From Geosiphon pyriformis uo1 (taxonomy: Eukaryota > Fungi > Glomeromycota): 9,319 nt of DNA. Shown here one piece after another: positions 1 to 8,850 of this stretch; within the stretch, counting starts at the first letter, position 1, and each line of letters begins with the position of its first letter. Under the pieces are notes generated by a model. It saw nothing but the letters and a program-made list of their open reading frames with translations, was not told where the DNA came from and did not search any database. Location: positions 1-9,319 of the forward strand of contig JAAOMT010000033.1 in the NCBI GenBank assembly GCA_016748015.1, in the 5' to 3' direction. Both the position numbers and the translations under genes were made by a program.

Positions 1-1
1 G

Positions 2-289
2 TTGAAGTTTTTGTTGAATAGTAGCATTTGGTGGAATACTAATAGGAGTGAGCATTAAGTTTTCTCTTAAAGCAAGCTTTAAAAGTTCTGGCAGGTGAAT
101 TCCAGAATAACTTCTTGTGTTCTTTTTATATGGGTGATATTTTCGTGAATTTAGGACTAAATTTGTAACTACTTTTGTTTGAGTATAATTAACGTGGTTT
201 CCAGTAACAGTAATGGATAATTAGAGTATTGTTTTTAAAGCTAACATTAGTTTTTGGGATAATTGTTGAATGTTTTGAGGAATAGTCAT
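2..289 (-). pseudogene. N-terminal part of an additional ORF downstream of integrase, unknown function
   Basis: ATG at 287-289; 96 codons to the window edge with a single TAA (221-223, could be CAA): MTIPQNIQQLSQKLMLALKTIL*LSITVTGNHVNYTQ...RKYHPYKKNTRSYSGIHLPELLKLALRENLML...QQKLQ. Confidence 0.6.
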
Positions 290-411
290 TATAAGAGATT
301 TGAAAATAAAAAAAAATTATTTTTGGTGTATGGGTTTTTATGTTATTTTTGCTTTGTTTTTGTGAGATTGTTTCTAAATTATAAGGAGATAACTATAATA
401 ATAAATTTAAG

Positions 412-1797
412 TTAAGTGTTCAAGTTGGGAGATTGTTCAATGACAACTATTGGTTCTAAATTTCAGGGAATATCTTCGGGATTGATTAAAAGAGAATGTG
501 TACCAATTTGTGGAATTAATGGTTCAGGATTGTGTCTGGAATTATAGTGTTTCAAATGATCTCTATGTACAACTTTTGCTAGGATTTTGTCATCAAGTCT
601 TAGCTTGTATGATTCGTTGCCTAGAATTTCATGGATAAAGAATGGTCCATCCCATTTATTTTTAAATTTTCCACTCTATTGTTTTTCAGCTTTAGTTCTG
701 TGTAAGAGAACTTTGTTTCTGATTTTAAATTTATTGGTAACTGGAGGCAATTTGTTGTCATGCTGTTTTTTTTGTTGAGCTTGGGAGTGTTTAATATGGG
801 TGGCTGCTATTCATCATTTTTTTTCCAATGTGCTAAGCAGAGTATAGGCTCTTCATTGTAGTGTTTCCTAAAAGTTGTCTTTATTAATTGGTTGTACTGG
901 ATATGTTTCCATTGTAAAACTAATTGGTAACATTGCTATCTTTCCATAGGTTAAATCAAATGGTGTGTGTTTTGTGGTATCTTGTTTTAGTGTTATATAT
1001 GCTAGTAACACTGATGGAATAAAGAGATCTCATTCTTGCTCAAAATCAATTGAGACTTTGGTTAATGATTCACACAATGTTCTGTTGAAACGTTCTACAA
1101 GTTCATTTGTTTGTGGATGGTAGGGCAAAGATAATAGTCTCTTGACATTAAATTGTTCACAAATTTTTTGGATTAAATTGTTCACAAAATGTGTTTCTTG
1201 ATCAGATAAAAGTTCTATTGGACATCCATGTCTACAAATGATGTCTTTGTAGATGAAATTTGTTACTGATTTTGCATCTGCTCATTGAATGGCTCTGGCT
1301 TCAGACCATTTGGTGAGATAGTTTATAGCTACTGCAATATAATGGTTTCCTTGGTTTGTGATAGGTAGTGGTCTGACTAAATTAATACCAACTCAGTCAA
1401 AAGGCTGTCCAACTTTGATTCGGTTTAAAGATTCTGTAGGGCGAGTTTCTCCTCTTTTTTGACAACTATTACAAGACTTAATGTATTCATGAATGTCTTT
1501 TTTCATTTGAGGCCAAAAGTAATATTCTAGTGTTCTTTGAGTGGTGCTGTCTTTTTCTAAGTGTGCTGATGAAAGGTTTGAGTGCATGTTATATAAAATG
1601 GTTTTTTTTTCATGTTCTTGTATTAATCTGAGTGGATTGTCTGGATTTCTGAAGTTTTGATAATAAATTATGTTGTTGTATAAGAAGTATTGTTTGGCTT
1701 GTTGTTGTAACTGATGTTTTTTATCTGAGGACCAATCTGTTGGGATTGTTAAAGTCTCTAAATATTGTTTGATATTGTTGTAGTTTTCAGAGTTCAT
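412..1797 (-). pseudogene. Integrase (HHCC, DDE core, GPY/F); no chromodomain seen
   Basis: ATG at 1797. HSNLSSAH...YFWPQM...CNSCQK. Core: VGINL (D>N), LSDQETHF, PYHPQTNELVERFNRTL. TPFDLTYG; KWDGPF near 640-657. TGA at 463-465 is probably a mutated sense codon; TAA at 412-414 ends the frame. Confidence 0.95.
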
Positions 1798-1848
1798 TGT
1801 TTGGTGGCTGTTTCTGTTGTTTGGATTGAGTATTGATTTATTTTTTTA

Positions 1849-3249
1849 ATCTTGTCTCATTCTTAAGAGACAGTCAACATTGGTGTGGAGTTTTCCTGGT
1901 TTGTGGTGTACTATATATCAATAGTTTGCTAGAAATTCTATCCATCGGGTTTGTTTTGCATTAAGTTGGGTGTTTTTGTTTTATAACTATTTGAGTCTAA
2001 TATTATCAGTAATAATATTGAATTCCTTTGGCCAGAGATAAAAGTTGAAATGATGTAAAGCCCATATTACTGCTGCTGTTTCGAGTTCAGTTATAGGGTA
2101 ATTCTTTTCAGCGGGTTTCAATGTTCTGCTAGCATAAGCAATTACTCGCTTATTTCCATTGTCATCCAATTGTGATAAGATAATGTTAAAGGCAGTATAA
2201 GAGGCATTTGTTGCTAATTGGAATTGGTTGCTGAAATCTGGATAGGCGAGAATTAGAGCTGTTGTTAGTTTTTCTTTGAGAATTTCAAATGTGTTTTGGT
2301 ATTCAGCAGTTCATTTGTATTCAACATTTTTGGTAATAAGCTGGTTGAGAGGTTTTGCAATTTCTGAGAATCCTTTGATAAACTTTTGATAGTAGAAGGC
2401 TAACTCTATGAATCCTCTTAGTTCTATAATGTTTCGAGGAGTTTTGAAGTTTTTGACAGTGCTGATTTTTCCAGAGTTCAGTTTGATTCTATCTTTACTA
2501 ACAATATGACCAAGGAAGGCCAAGCTTGTTTTTCCAATGTAGCATTTTTTGATGTTTAGTTTTAATCCTGCTTTCCATAATCATTGAAAAACTTCTCACA
2601 GATGTTTTAAGTATAATTCAAAAGATGGCAAATAAACATCAGTATCATCGAGATAAACAACTATGGACCTCTAAAGGAAGCCTTTGTAAACAACATCCAT
2701 GAGTCTTTGGAATGTTGCTGGTGTATTGCATAATCCAAAAAGCATTACATTGAATTCGTAATTTCCTCCTTGGGTTGTGAAGGCTGTTTTGGGGTGATCT
2801 TTGGGATCCATGGCAACTTGTCAGTATCTACTTTCTAGATCTAGTGTTGAAAAGTATTTGGATTTTCCAAGGGCATCTAACATGTCATTGATTCGGGAAA
2901 GAGAGTAGGCATCTCCAATGGTGATGTTGTTGAGTTGTCGATAATCAACACAAAATCATATCTTTCCATTTTTCTTTTTAACTAAGACCACAGGTGAGAT
3001 CCATGGACTCATTGATAGTTGAATAAGCCCATTGTTAAGCATCCATTGTACTTCTTCTTGGATAAATTGGTGACTTTCTGGAGCAACTCGGTAGGCTTGT
3101 TGTTACCTTGGTTTGGCATTTTCTGTATAGATTTGGTGTTGAACCAAATCAGTTTTTCCTAAGTCATTGTTGTTTTTAGCAAAAATATTGGCAAATTCTG
3201 CAATTAGCTCTTTAAGCTGGCTCTGTTGTTGTGGTTCAAGTTGTCCCAT
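1849..3249 (-). pseudogene. pol: Reverse transcriptase and RNase H domains
   Basis: SPWISPVVLVKKKNGKI*FCVDYRQLN, FSTLDLESRY*Q, KTAF, MLFGLCNTPATFQRLMD, YLDD (2644-2655), AFLGHIV. RNase H: LATNAS (TDAS), VIAYASRTL..AEKNYPITELETAAV, KPGKLHTNVDCLLR. Confidence 0.97.
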
Positions 3250-3687
3250 GTTGATTCAAGATAGTTTTTCCATAACAACATGGTAGTTTTCAGAGCTGGG
3301 GTTTGGGTTGATTTTTGGTAGTGAATGTCCAATGATTTCCAAGAAATTGGGAACTATTTGGAATAGTTCTTATTGAAAGATATTATTGTGAATAACTCCA
3401 ATTTCTAAGTTATTTAATAAAACTATAGGGAAATTGTTGGGATTGTAAAAAGTAACTCGGATTTTCTTTGTTTTTTCTGGAATATAAATGTTTGGGATCA
3501 AAATATTATGTTTCAAATAAATTTGTTCATTGGACTCAAAAATTTGTTGTGTGGTTGTTGGCTTTTCACAAGTGTAAATTTCAGGGTGTTCTCCAAAAAG
3601 TGAAATGGTAATTGGTTGTGGAAGTCATAAAATCTGGTGAGATTCATATTGTTTGTTAAGAGCTATGTTTACCGGAACTGTGAATCG

Positions 3688-4110
3688 TCCAGTTGAACCA
3701 AAACCTTGGGTTCCTCTATCACTTTTTTCTAATTGTTCTCTTTGATTGACTAATTGCAAACCTGAAATGTTGATTAGAGATAGGTAAATAGCTTGGACAA
3801 TTTTTTCAACATGTTCGATCTTGAAAGATTTATTGGTTTCATTTTGGAGTATTACTGTTATATTACCAGTATATCCAGCATCAATTATTCCTCCTCTGAC
3901 ATTGATTTCTTTGCTTGCCAGAGAGAACCAAAAGGCAATTTGAACCATTGCTCCTGTTGGAATTTCAAAGGCAATTTTGAGATTGATTTTTGTGAAAGAT
4001 TTGGGTTTGAGAACAAGAGTATCCTTGTCTGAATATCTTAAGTTATATCCAGCATTAATTTCATGTGCTTTTTTGGGTTTTATTTCTTGTCCATTGTTGT
4101 TGAAGTATTT
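3688..4110 (-). pseudogene. dut: Trimeric dUTPase domain
   Basis: All five motifs in order: I AGYNL (AGYDL, 4039-4053), II FWFSLA (SRSSLA after reverting C>T), III GGIIDAGYTG, IV KIVQ, V RGTQGFGSTG (3688-3717). Confidence 0.93.
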
Positions 4111-4239
4111 GAGTTGTAAGGCAGGCTGATTTTTGATAAGATAGATAGGTGTTGCTTCAATTTCTTTTGTTGCTTCAGGTTCTCCAAATTCAATTTCATT
4201 TTCATCATTTTCACTGGGCAGGAAAATGCTAAGAGCATA

Positions 4240-4860
4240 GCATTTAGGACATCACTGTTCATCACAAGACATAATGCATTTTTCACATAGCCTAATGTTC
4301 ATTTGCTCCAATCATTGAATTTGAGCTTCTTGGATTGGGTAAGTGTGACTTGCAATTTGGTGGTAGACTTCTACTTTATCTTCATAATTGAATCCAGCTA
4401 ATTCTATGGTGTATTCAATGTATTCTGCTTTTTTCATTTGATGGACATCTTTTTTGGTAGCTCTATTAACTAATGCCATTGCTAGGTCGAAAATCATCTC
4501 AGCATCATGGGGGTAGTGATAAAGTTTGTTGAGAGCATTGTTGTATGCTGCATCAAAAGGTGTTCCTCTTTTGACTTTTTCTGAAATTGATAAAGCATAT
4601 TGGCAGGTCTGATTGCAGACTTCTTTTCTCATTGTTACATCAATCCAATTGCATTCTTTTGGTAGCATATCTCCACAAGTCAAACAAAGGGTGTTGTCTC
4701 ATTTTCCGCTTCTTTTTATTAGATGGCCCTATTGTTCTCTGTGACAAGCCTTGCAGTAATAACAAGTATGATTTTTATATTTTTCTTCAGGTAAAATGCA
4801 GGCTCCCATTGATGAGAGTTTCTTGTGGCAATCTTTGCATTTGAGTGGAATGTAAGGGCA
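4240..4860 (-). other. Cys-rich putative multi-zinc-binding domain inside the polyprotein
   Basis: Reading the polyprotein frame through stops gives CKDC, CYYCKAC, CLTC, CNQTC, a ~100-aa non-Cys segment, then CEKCIMSCDEQ*CPKC. Confidence 0.7.
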
Positions 4861-5079
4861 TTGTTTTCATGGTTCTGGTTTTAAATAGGGGACATTCCAT
4901 CTGGTTGTTACTGGTTTTTTTGTTTCAAAAAAATCATTTGTTGAAAAGTACTGTTGTTTAGTTTCATCAGCCCAATTGGAAGTTGATCCAAGTGCCATAA
5001 ATGTTTCAATGATGGGCTTTTTTTCTTCTGGTTCGAATTCAAAAGCCGGGGCTTTTTTGGAGCATTTGTTGAATGTATC

Positions 5080-5445
5080 ACAAGTGGCAGGTACCCAGAC
5101 ATGTTGTCCTTGGTAAGAGATTGTTAACTCTTGTGTCTCCCAATTCAGATTAGCATTGGCTTTTTGAAGCCAATTATTTCCAACGAGAGCTTGGTATTGG
5201 GAAGCATCCATGACTAAAACTTTGACTGGAATGGTAATTCCATCAATTGTGAATGGGAAGTTGTCAATTTCTTTTACTGGAGTCTTTTTCATGCCATCAG
5301 CAGTGACAATGATTGTCTGAGCTGGTCGGTCAACGTTTCTTTTTAGCTGTTGCATCAATTGATATGTGATGATGCTTTCAGCAAATTCACTGTCTAGGAT
5401 CAAGCGAATTGGCTTTTTTTCTACTTCAGCTTCTGTGTACATTGC
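5080..5445 (-). pseudogene. Retropepsin-like aspartic protease domain
   Basis: PIRLILDSEFAESII (DSG>DSE, 5386-5394), flap-like VTADG, and C-terminal ALVGNNWL (LxGxDxL-type). Confidence 0.9.
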
Positions 5446-7473
5446 AATGATGGCTTTTTGTTTGTTAGCCGCTACATTGCTAAGCAAGAATGGTAATTCA
5501 TTTGCTTCAAATTTGAAAGAGAATATATCTGAAAGGTTGGTATTTTTAGCAATTTTGGCTGGTAGGATTGTGGTAGAAGTATAGAAAGGGTTTTGTTGTT
5601 GTGCTGCAGCTCTACCTTCTGAGAGTGCAATATGGCAAAAATCCTGTTCTTCTGGTATTATAAGATAACTAGATTGAATATGATAGTGGTTGGGTCTTGG
5701 TTGAGCTGAATTTTGGGAAACTAATTGGTTGTTCAAATTGATTCTATTGTTGTTTACTTGGTATCGGTTTTGTGGTGTGAATTGATTTTGCAGAATTAAT
5801 CTTCGAGCAGGCACTTGATAATGTTGTGTGAGTGGTTGTTGGTATTGCTGTTGAATTGGCTGTGGAGCAGGCTGATAATAGTTATTTTGGAATTGGAGTC
5901 TTGATAAATAGTAAGCTGGTGGTGGTGGTTGATAATAAGATTGCTGTGGTAGAGGGTAATGTTGATTACTCCTATTTTGTTGGTCTTATTATAGCTTTCT
6001 GCAATCTCTTTTCCAGTGGCCAGGGATTCCACAGTAATGGTAATTCTGAGGCTAGTTATTAGAAAGTAGTGCAAAGTTATTTTGATTTCATTTTTGGAGT
6101 GGTTGATATCTTTGGGGTTGCTGTTGTTGTTGGTTGGTGAAATAGTTTTCAATCTTCTTTGTGAGTTGGTCAATTTTCTTCTTAGCTGTTGAACTGGTTT
6201 CTTCAATTGCCAAATTTACAAGTTTTGTGCAATTGGCCTCTTCTATGGCCATTTCGTATCTTTTTACATGCTGTATGGCAGAGTTTAAATCTTTTGGGGC
6301 ATGTGGGCGAACCTTTTTAATCAGTTTATCCTTTAGACCAGTAATAAATTGATCCAAGATTTGAATGTTTGAGTAATAATCATTGGTTTTTAGTTGACAA
6401 ATCCTTCTGAGAAGTTTGTTAAACTTTTCAAGATAAGTCATAACAGATTTGAAGAATTTTTGTTTGATATTGTGAAACTGATTTCGAAGGGTGATGGAGG
6501 TATTATTGTCAATGAACTGTTTAAAGAAGACTGCTTTGAAAGCATCCCAATCATTGAATGGAGCAGCCAAGTTTTCAAACCATTTTTCTGCTGTTCCTTT
6601 GAAAAAATAGGGGATAATTCTTAACATTCTGACAGCATTCCAACCATTTGCATCTCCTGCTTTAAAGACTTGATCAAGCCATTCTTGAGGACTGGTTTCG
6701 ATGTCCTCTTCTGAAAAGTCAGGGATTTTTGCAATATAAGTAAAGACTATTTCTTCTTCGTTTTCTGAGTCTTCTGTTTCTTGTTCTGATTCGGTTTTTT
6801 CACTTTGATTTTCTGCTAAGTAGTCAATAAGGTTTGTGCTGGTTGATATTGGTTCTTGTTGTTGAATAAGACTTTTGGGTAACTGAAAATCTTCTATTCT
6901 TGAAAATCGAATAAGAGAAGAATTTGGTGTTTGTGGTTGAGCAAGTGAAATTGAAAATGGTATAATAGAAAGTGTCAATTTGACACTGGTTTCTTGTTCA
7001 GGTGTTTGCAAGTGTTTGGCAGTTGTCTTTGTCAGTATTGGAGTGTTTGAAGTGGTTTTTGAGTGTTGTTTTGCTTTTTGTTTGCCTTTGTTGCTTGTTT
7101 TTGTTTTTAATTCAGAGTCAAAAGTGTATTTAGACTGCACTAAATATTTTTCTTTGCAATACTTGATAATGTTATAATTGAGTTCTTGAAAGTAGGTGGC
7201 AAGTGTTTTACTGTTAAGGTCTTCAGTTTCTAATTGTGAATAATACACTAAATTATTGTAGAGATTGCTTCTAACTTCTGAAATGTTGTAATTTCCAAGA
7301 AGATAATTGTTGATACAGTTTTCAATATATAGATAAAGTGTTCTCTTGACAATTTCAGTTCTGTCTGGAATGTTAAATCTTTGCTTGCAATGGATGTAAA
7401 TTGACTGGTAATACTCTAGAGTTGCTGTGTCTGGTGTGGTTGCCACTTTGAATTTTTGTTGTTGCTGTGTTAT
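5446..7473 (-). pseudogene. gag: gag with long N-terminal extension, retrotransposon capsid-like domain, zinc knuckle and Q/P/Y-rich linker
   Basis: ORF 6088..7446 has capsid-like text (IPDFSEED...PQEWLDQV...ANGW...GTAEKWF...FFKQF...LRNQFHNIKQ...SVMTYLEKFNKL...QFITGLK). It continues in frame through stops at 6088 (TGA), 6052 (TAG) and 5989 (TAA) into ORF 4867..5814. The start is inferred as a mutated ATG (ATA at 7471-7473). Confidence 0.9.
6001..6042 (-). other. CCHC zinc knuckle (nucleocapsid), first Cys mutated
   Basis: Reads Y-H-Y-C-G-I-P-G-H-W-K-R-D-C, matching Cx2Cx4Hx4C with TGC>TAC at the first Cys. Confidence 0.9.
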
Positions 7474-7491
7474 TTCCGTGGGAAAGCACCA
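7474..7491 (-). promoter_or_regulatory. tRNA primer-binding site (PBS)
   Basis: TGGTGCTTTCCCACGGAA starts 2 nt after the LTR-terminal CA. Its complement TT-CCGTG-GGAAAGC-A-CCA fits tRNA positions 59-76, with the conserved C61. The isoacceptor is not identified. Confidence 0.85.
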
Positions 7492-7493
7492 AA

Positions 7494-8192
7494 TGTTACC
7501 AAAAGTTTTTGGTCTCTTCTTAGCTCTTGTATGTTTGTTGTAATGCTGTTAATTCATGACTATGGGAAGTGTTTGAACCTCCGATAACTGAATTTTATCT
7601 TCAAATTATTTCCTATAATTTGAACTGCTAGGCTTATAAGTGGAATGGCCAGTTCCGTGCCAGTTGCTTTGTGTAGTTACATTGTAGTAAATGTCAACTC
7701 TTTCTCAGGAATCGCTTGTCTGGAAGCTCACTAAAAATGTGTAGTTACTTTACTATGAAAGTCAACTCTTCTACAGAAATCTCGTTTGTAGGCTACCCTA
7801 ATGATTGTAATAAAAAAAGAAAAGAAAAATAAAAAAAATGTAAAAAAAATAGAATTCTGTCAAGAGAAATGTTTTCTATCCAGACCTGGAGTGACTAACA
7901 GTTTACTGAAATTGGTAGTTAATCAATTTTAAAACATTAGTTGGTTTTTGAGGATTTTCTAAGTACAATAATTAAAGAATTTGGTTTTTCAAATTTATTT
8001 GATTTTTTTTTTTTGTGTGTATAGGAATAATTCTAAGTAATAAATCTCAAGTAAGATATATTTTCTTGAAGAAAAAAGCTCTTTTTTTATACAACTTATT
8101 GTAACACTATTCTATGAACTTGAACTTTGTTCTTTTCTACAATTTCGCTGAACTTAAGATACATTTCGGCGAACTACAAGTTATTTCTGCAA
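7494..8192 (-). repeat. 5' LTR of element A, truncated (699 bp)
   Basis: Aligns with 8193-8898. There are 18 differences, all transitions, in the first 187 bp. It ends (minus strand) in GGTAACA next to the PBS. Confidence 0.92.
7671..7794 (-). repeat. Two 68-bp-period imperfect repeats, each a double hairpin (LTR copy A)
   Basis: gtgtagttac at 7671 and 7739; gtcaactctt at 7693 and 7761; internal inverted repeats. Confidence 0.75.
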
Positions 8193-8369
8193 TGTTATTG
8201 GAGGTTTTTGGTTTCTTTTTAGCTCTTGTATGTTTGTTGTAGTGCTGTTAATTTATGACTATGGAAAGTGTTTGAACCTCCAATAACTGAATTTTATCTT
8301 CAAATTATCTCCTATAATTTGAACTGCTGGGCTTATAAATGGAATGGCCAATTCTGTGTCAGTTGCTTC

Positions 8370-8493
8370 GTGTAGTTACATTGTAGTAAATGTCAACTCT
8401 TTTCCAAGAATTGCTTGTCTGGAAGCTCACTAAAAATGTGTAGTTACTTTGCTGTGAAAGTCAACTCTTCTACAGGAATCTCGTCTGTAGGCT
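8370..8493 (-). repeat. Two 68-bp-period imperfect repeats, each a double hairpin (LTR copy B)
   Basis: Same units at +699: agttacatt-gtagta-aatgtcaact (8374-8398), agttacttt-gctgtg-aaagtcaact (8442-8466), and ctacag-9nt-ctgtag (8470-8490). Confidence 0.75.
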
Positions 8494-8790
8494 ACTCTAA
8501 TGATTATAATAAGAAAATAAAAGAAAGAAAATAAAAAAATGTAAAAGAAATAGAATTCTGTAAAGGGAAACATTTTCTATCCAGGTCTAGAGTTACTAAC
8601 AGTTTACTGAAATTGGTAGCTAATCAATTTTAAAACATTAGTTGGGTTTTTGGAGATTTTCCAAGTGCAATATTTTAAAAAAAATTGGTTTTTTGAATTA
8701 TTTGATATTTTATTTCTTTTTGTGTGTGTAGGAATGATTCTAAATGATAAATCTGAATAAGATACATTTTCTTGAAGAGAGAAGCTTGTC

Positions 8791-8797
8791 TTTTATA
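8791..8797 (-). promoter_or_regulatory. Candidate LTR TATA box (also at 8085-8091)
   Basis: TATAAAA on the minus strand in both LTR copies, about 55 bp downstream of the repeat array. The DNA is AT-rich, so a chance match is possible. Confidence 0.5.
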
Positions 8798-8850
8798 CAA
8801 CTTATCATATCACTATTCTATGAACTTGAACTTTGTTCTTTTTTACAATT

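Larger units (their letters stand above)
1..8192 (-). mobile_element. Element A: degenerate Ty3/Gypsy LTR retrotransposon (3' end beyond left edge; 5' LTR truncated or interrupted at 8192)
   Basis: LTR end ...GGTAACA, then a PBS, then gag-PR-(Cys-rich)-dUTPase-RT-RH-IN. The PR-RT-RH-IN order is that of Ty3/Gypsy. All supplied minus-strand ORFs with recognisable domains share one frame (7446, 5814, 4683, 3948, 2523, 2169 and 1797 are all divisible by 3). Confidence 0.96.

Noticed and set aside
4080-6206. Alternative-frame minus ORFs (4080-4286, 4908-5102, 5796-6206) as evidence of a programmed gag-pol frameshift
   Set aside because: The CCHC, protease and dUTPase motifs all lie in the main frame, so no frameshift is needed.
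587-7177. Plus-strand ORFs (587-778, 3793-4032, 4587-4844, 5366-5584, 5832-6062, 6161-6352, 6394-6624, 6980-7177)
   Set aside because: They are short antisense shadows of the minus-strand polyprotein with no recognisable motifs.
412-7473. Alternative genetic code explaining the stops
   Set aside because: All three stop types occur, at positions where Arg, Gln or Trp are expected, alongside matching missense transitions in catalytic residues. This indicates mutational decay.
7474-7491. tRNA gene
   Set aside because: Only an 18-nt match to a tRNA 3' end including CCA is present, next to the LTR end. This is a PBS.
7549-7557. ATG at 7555-7557 as the gag start
   Set aside because: It is followed two codons later by a TAA present in both LTR copies, and the ATG is ATA in the second copy.
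8374-8466. Iron-responsive element or known small ribozyme
   Set aside because: The geometry is IRE-like, but there is no 5' bulged C with a CAGUGN loop, and no CUGAUGA/GAAA or other ribozyme core was found by eye.
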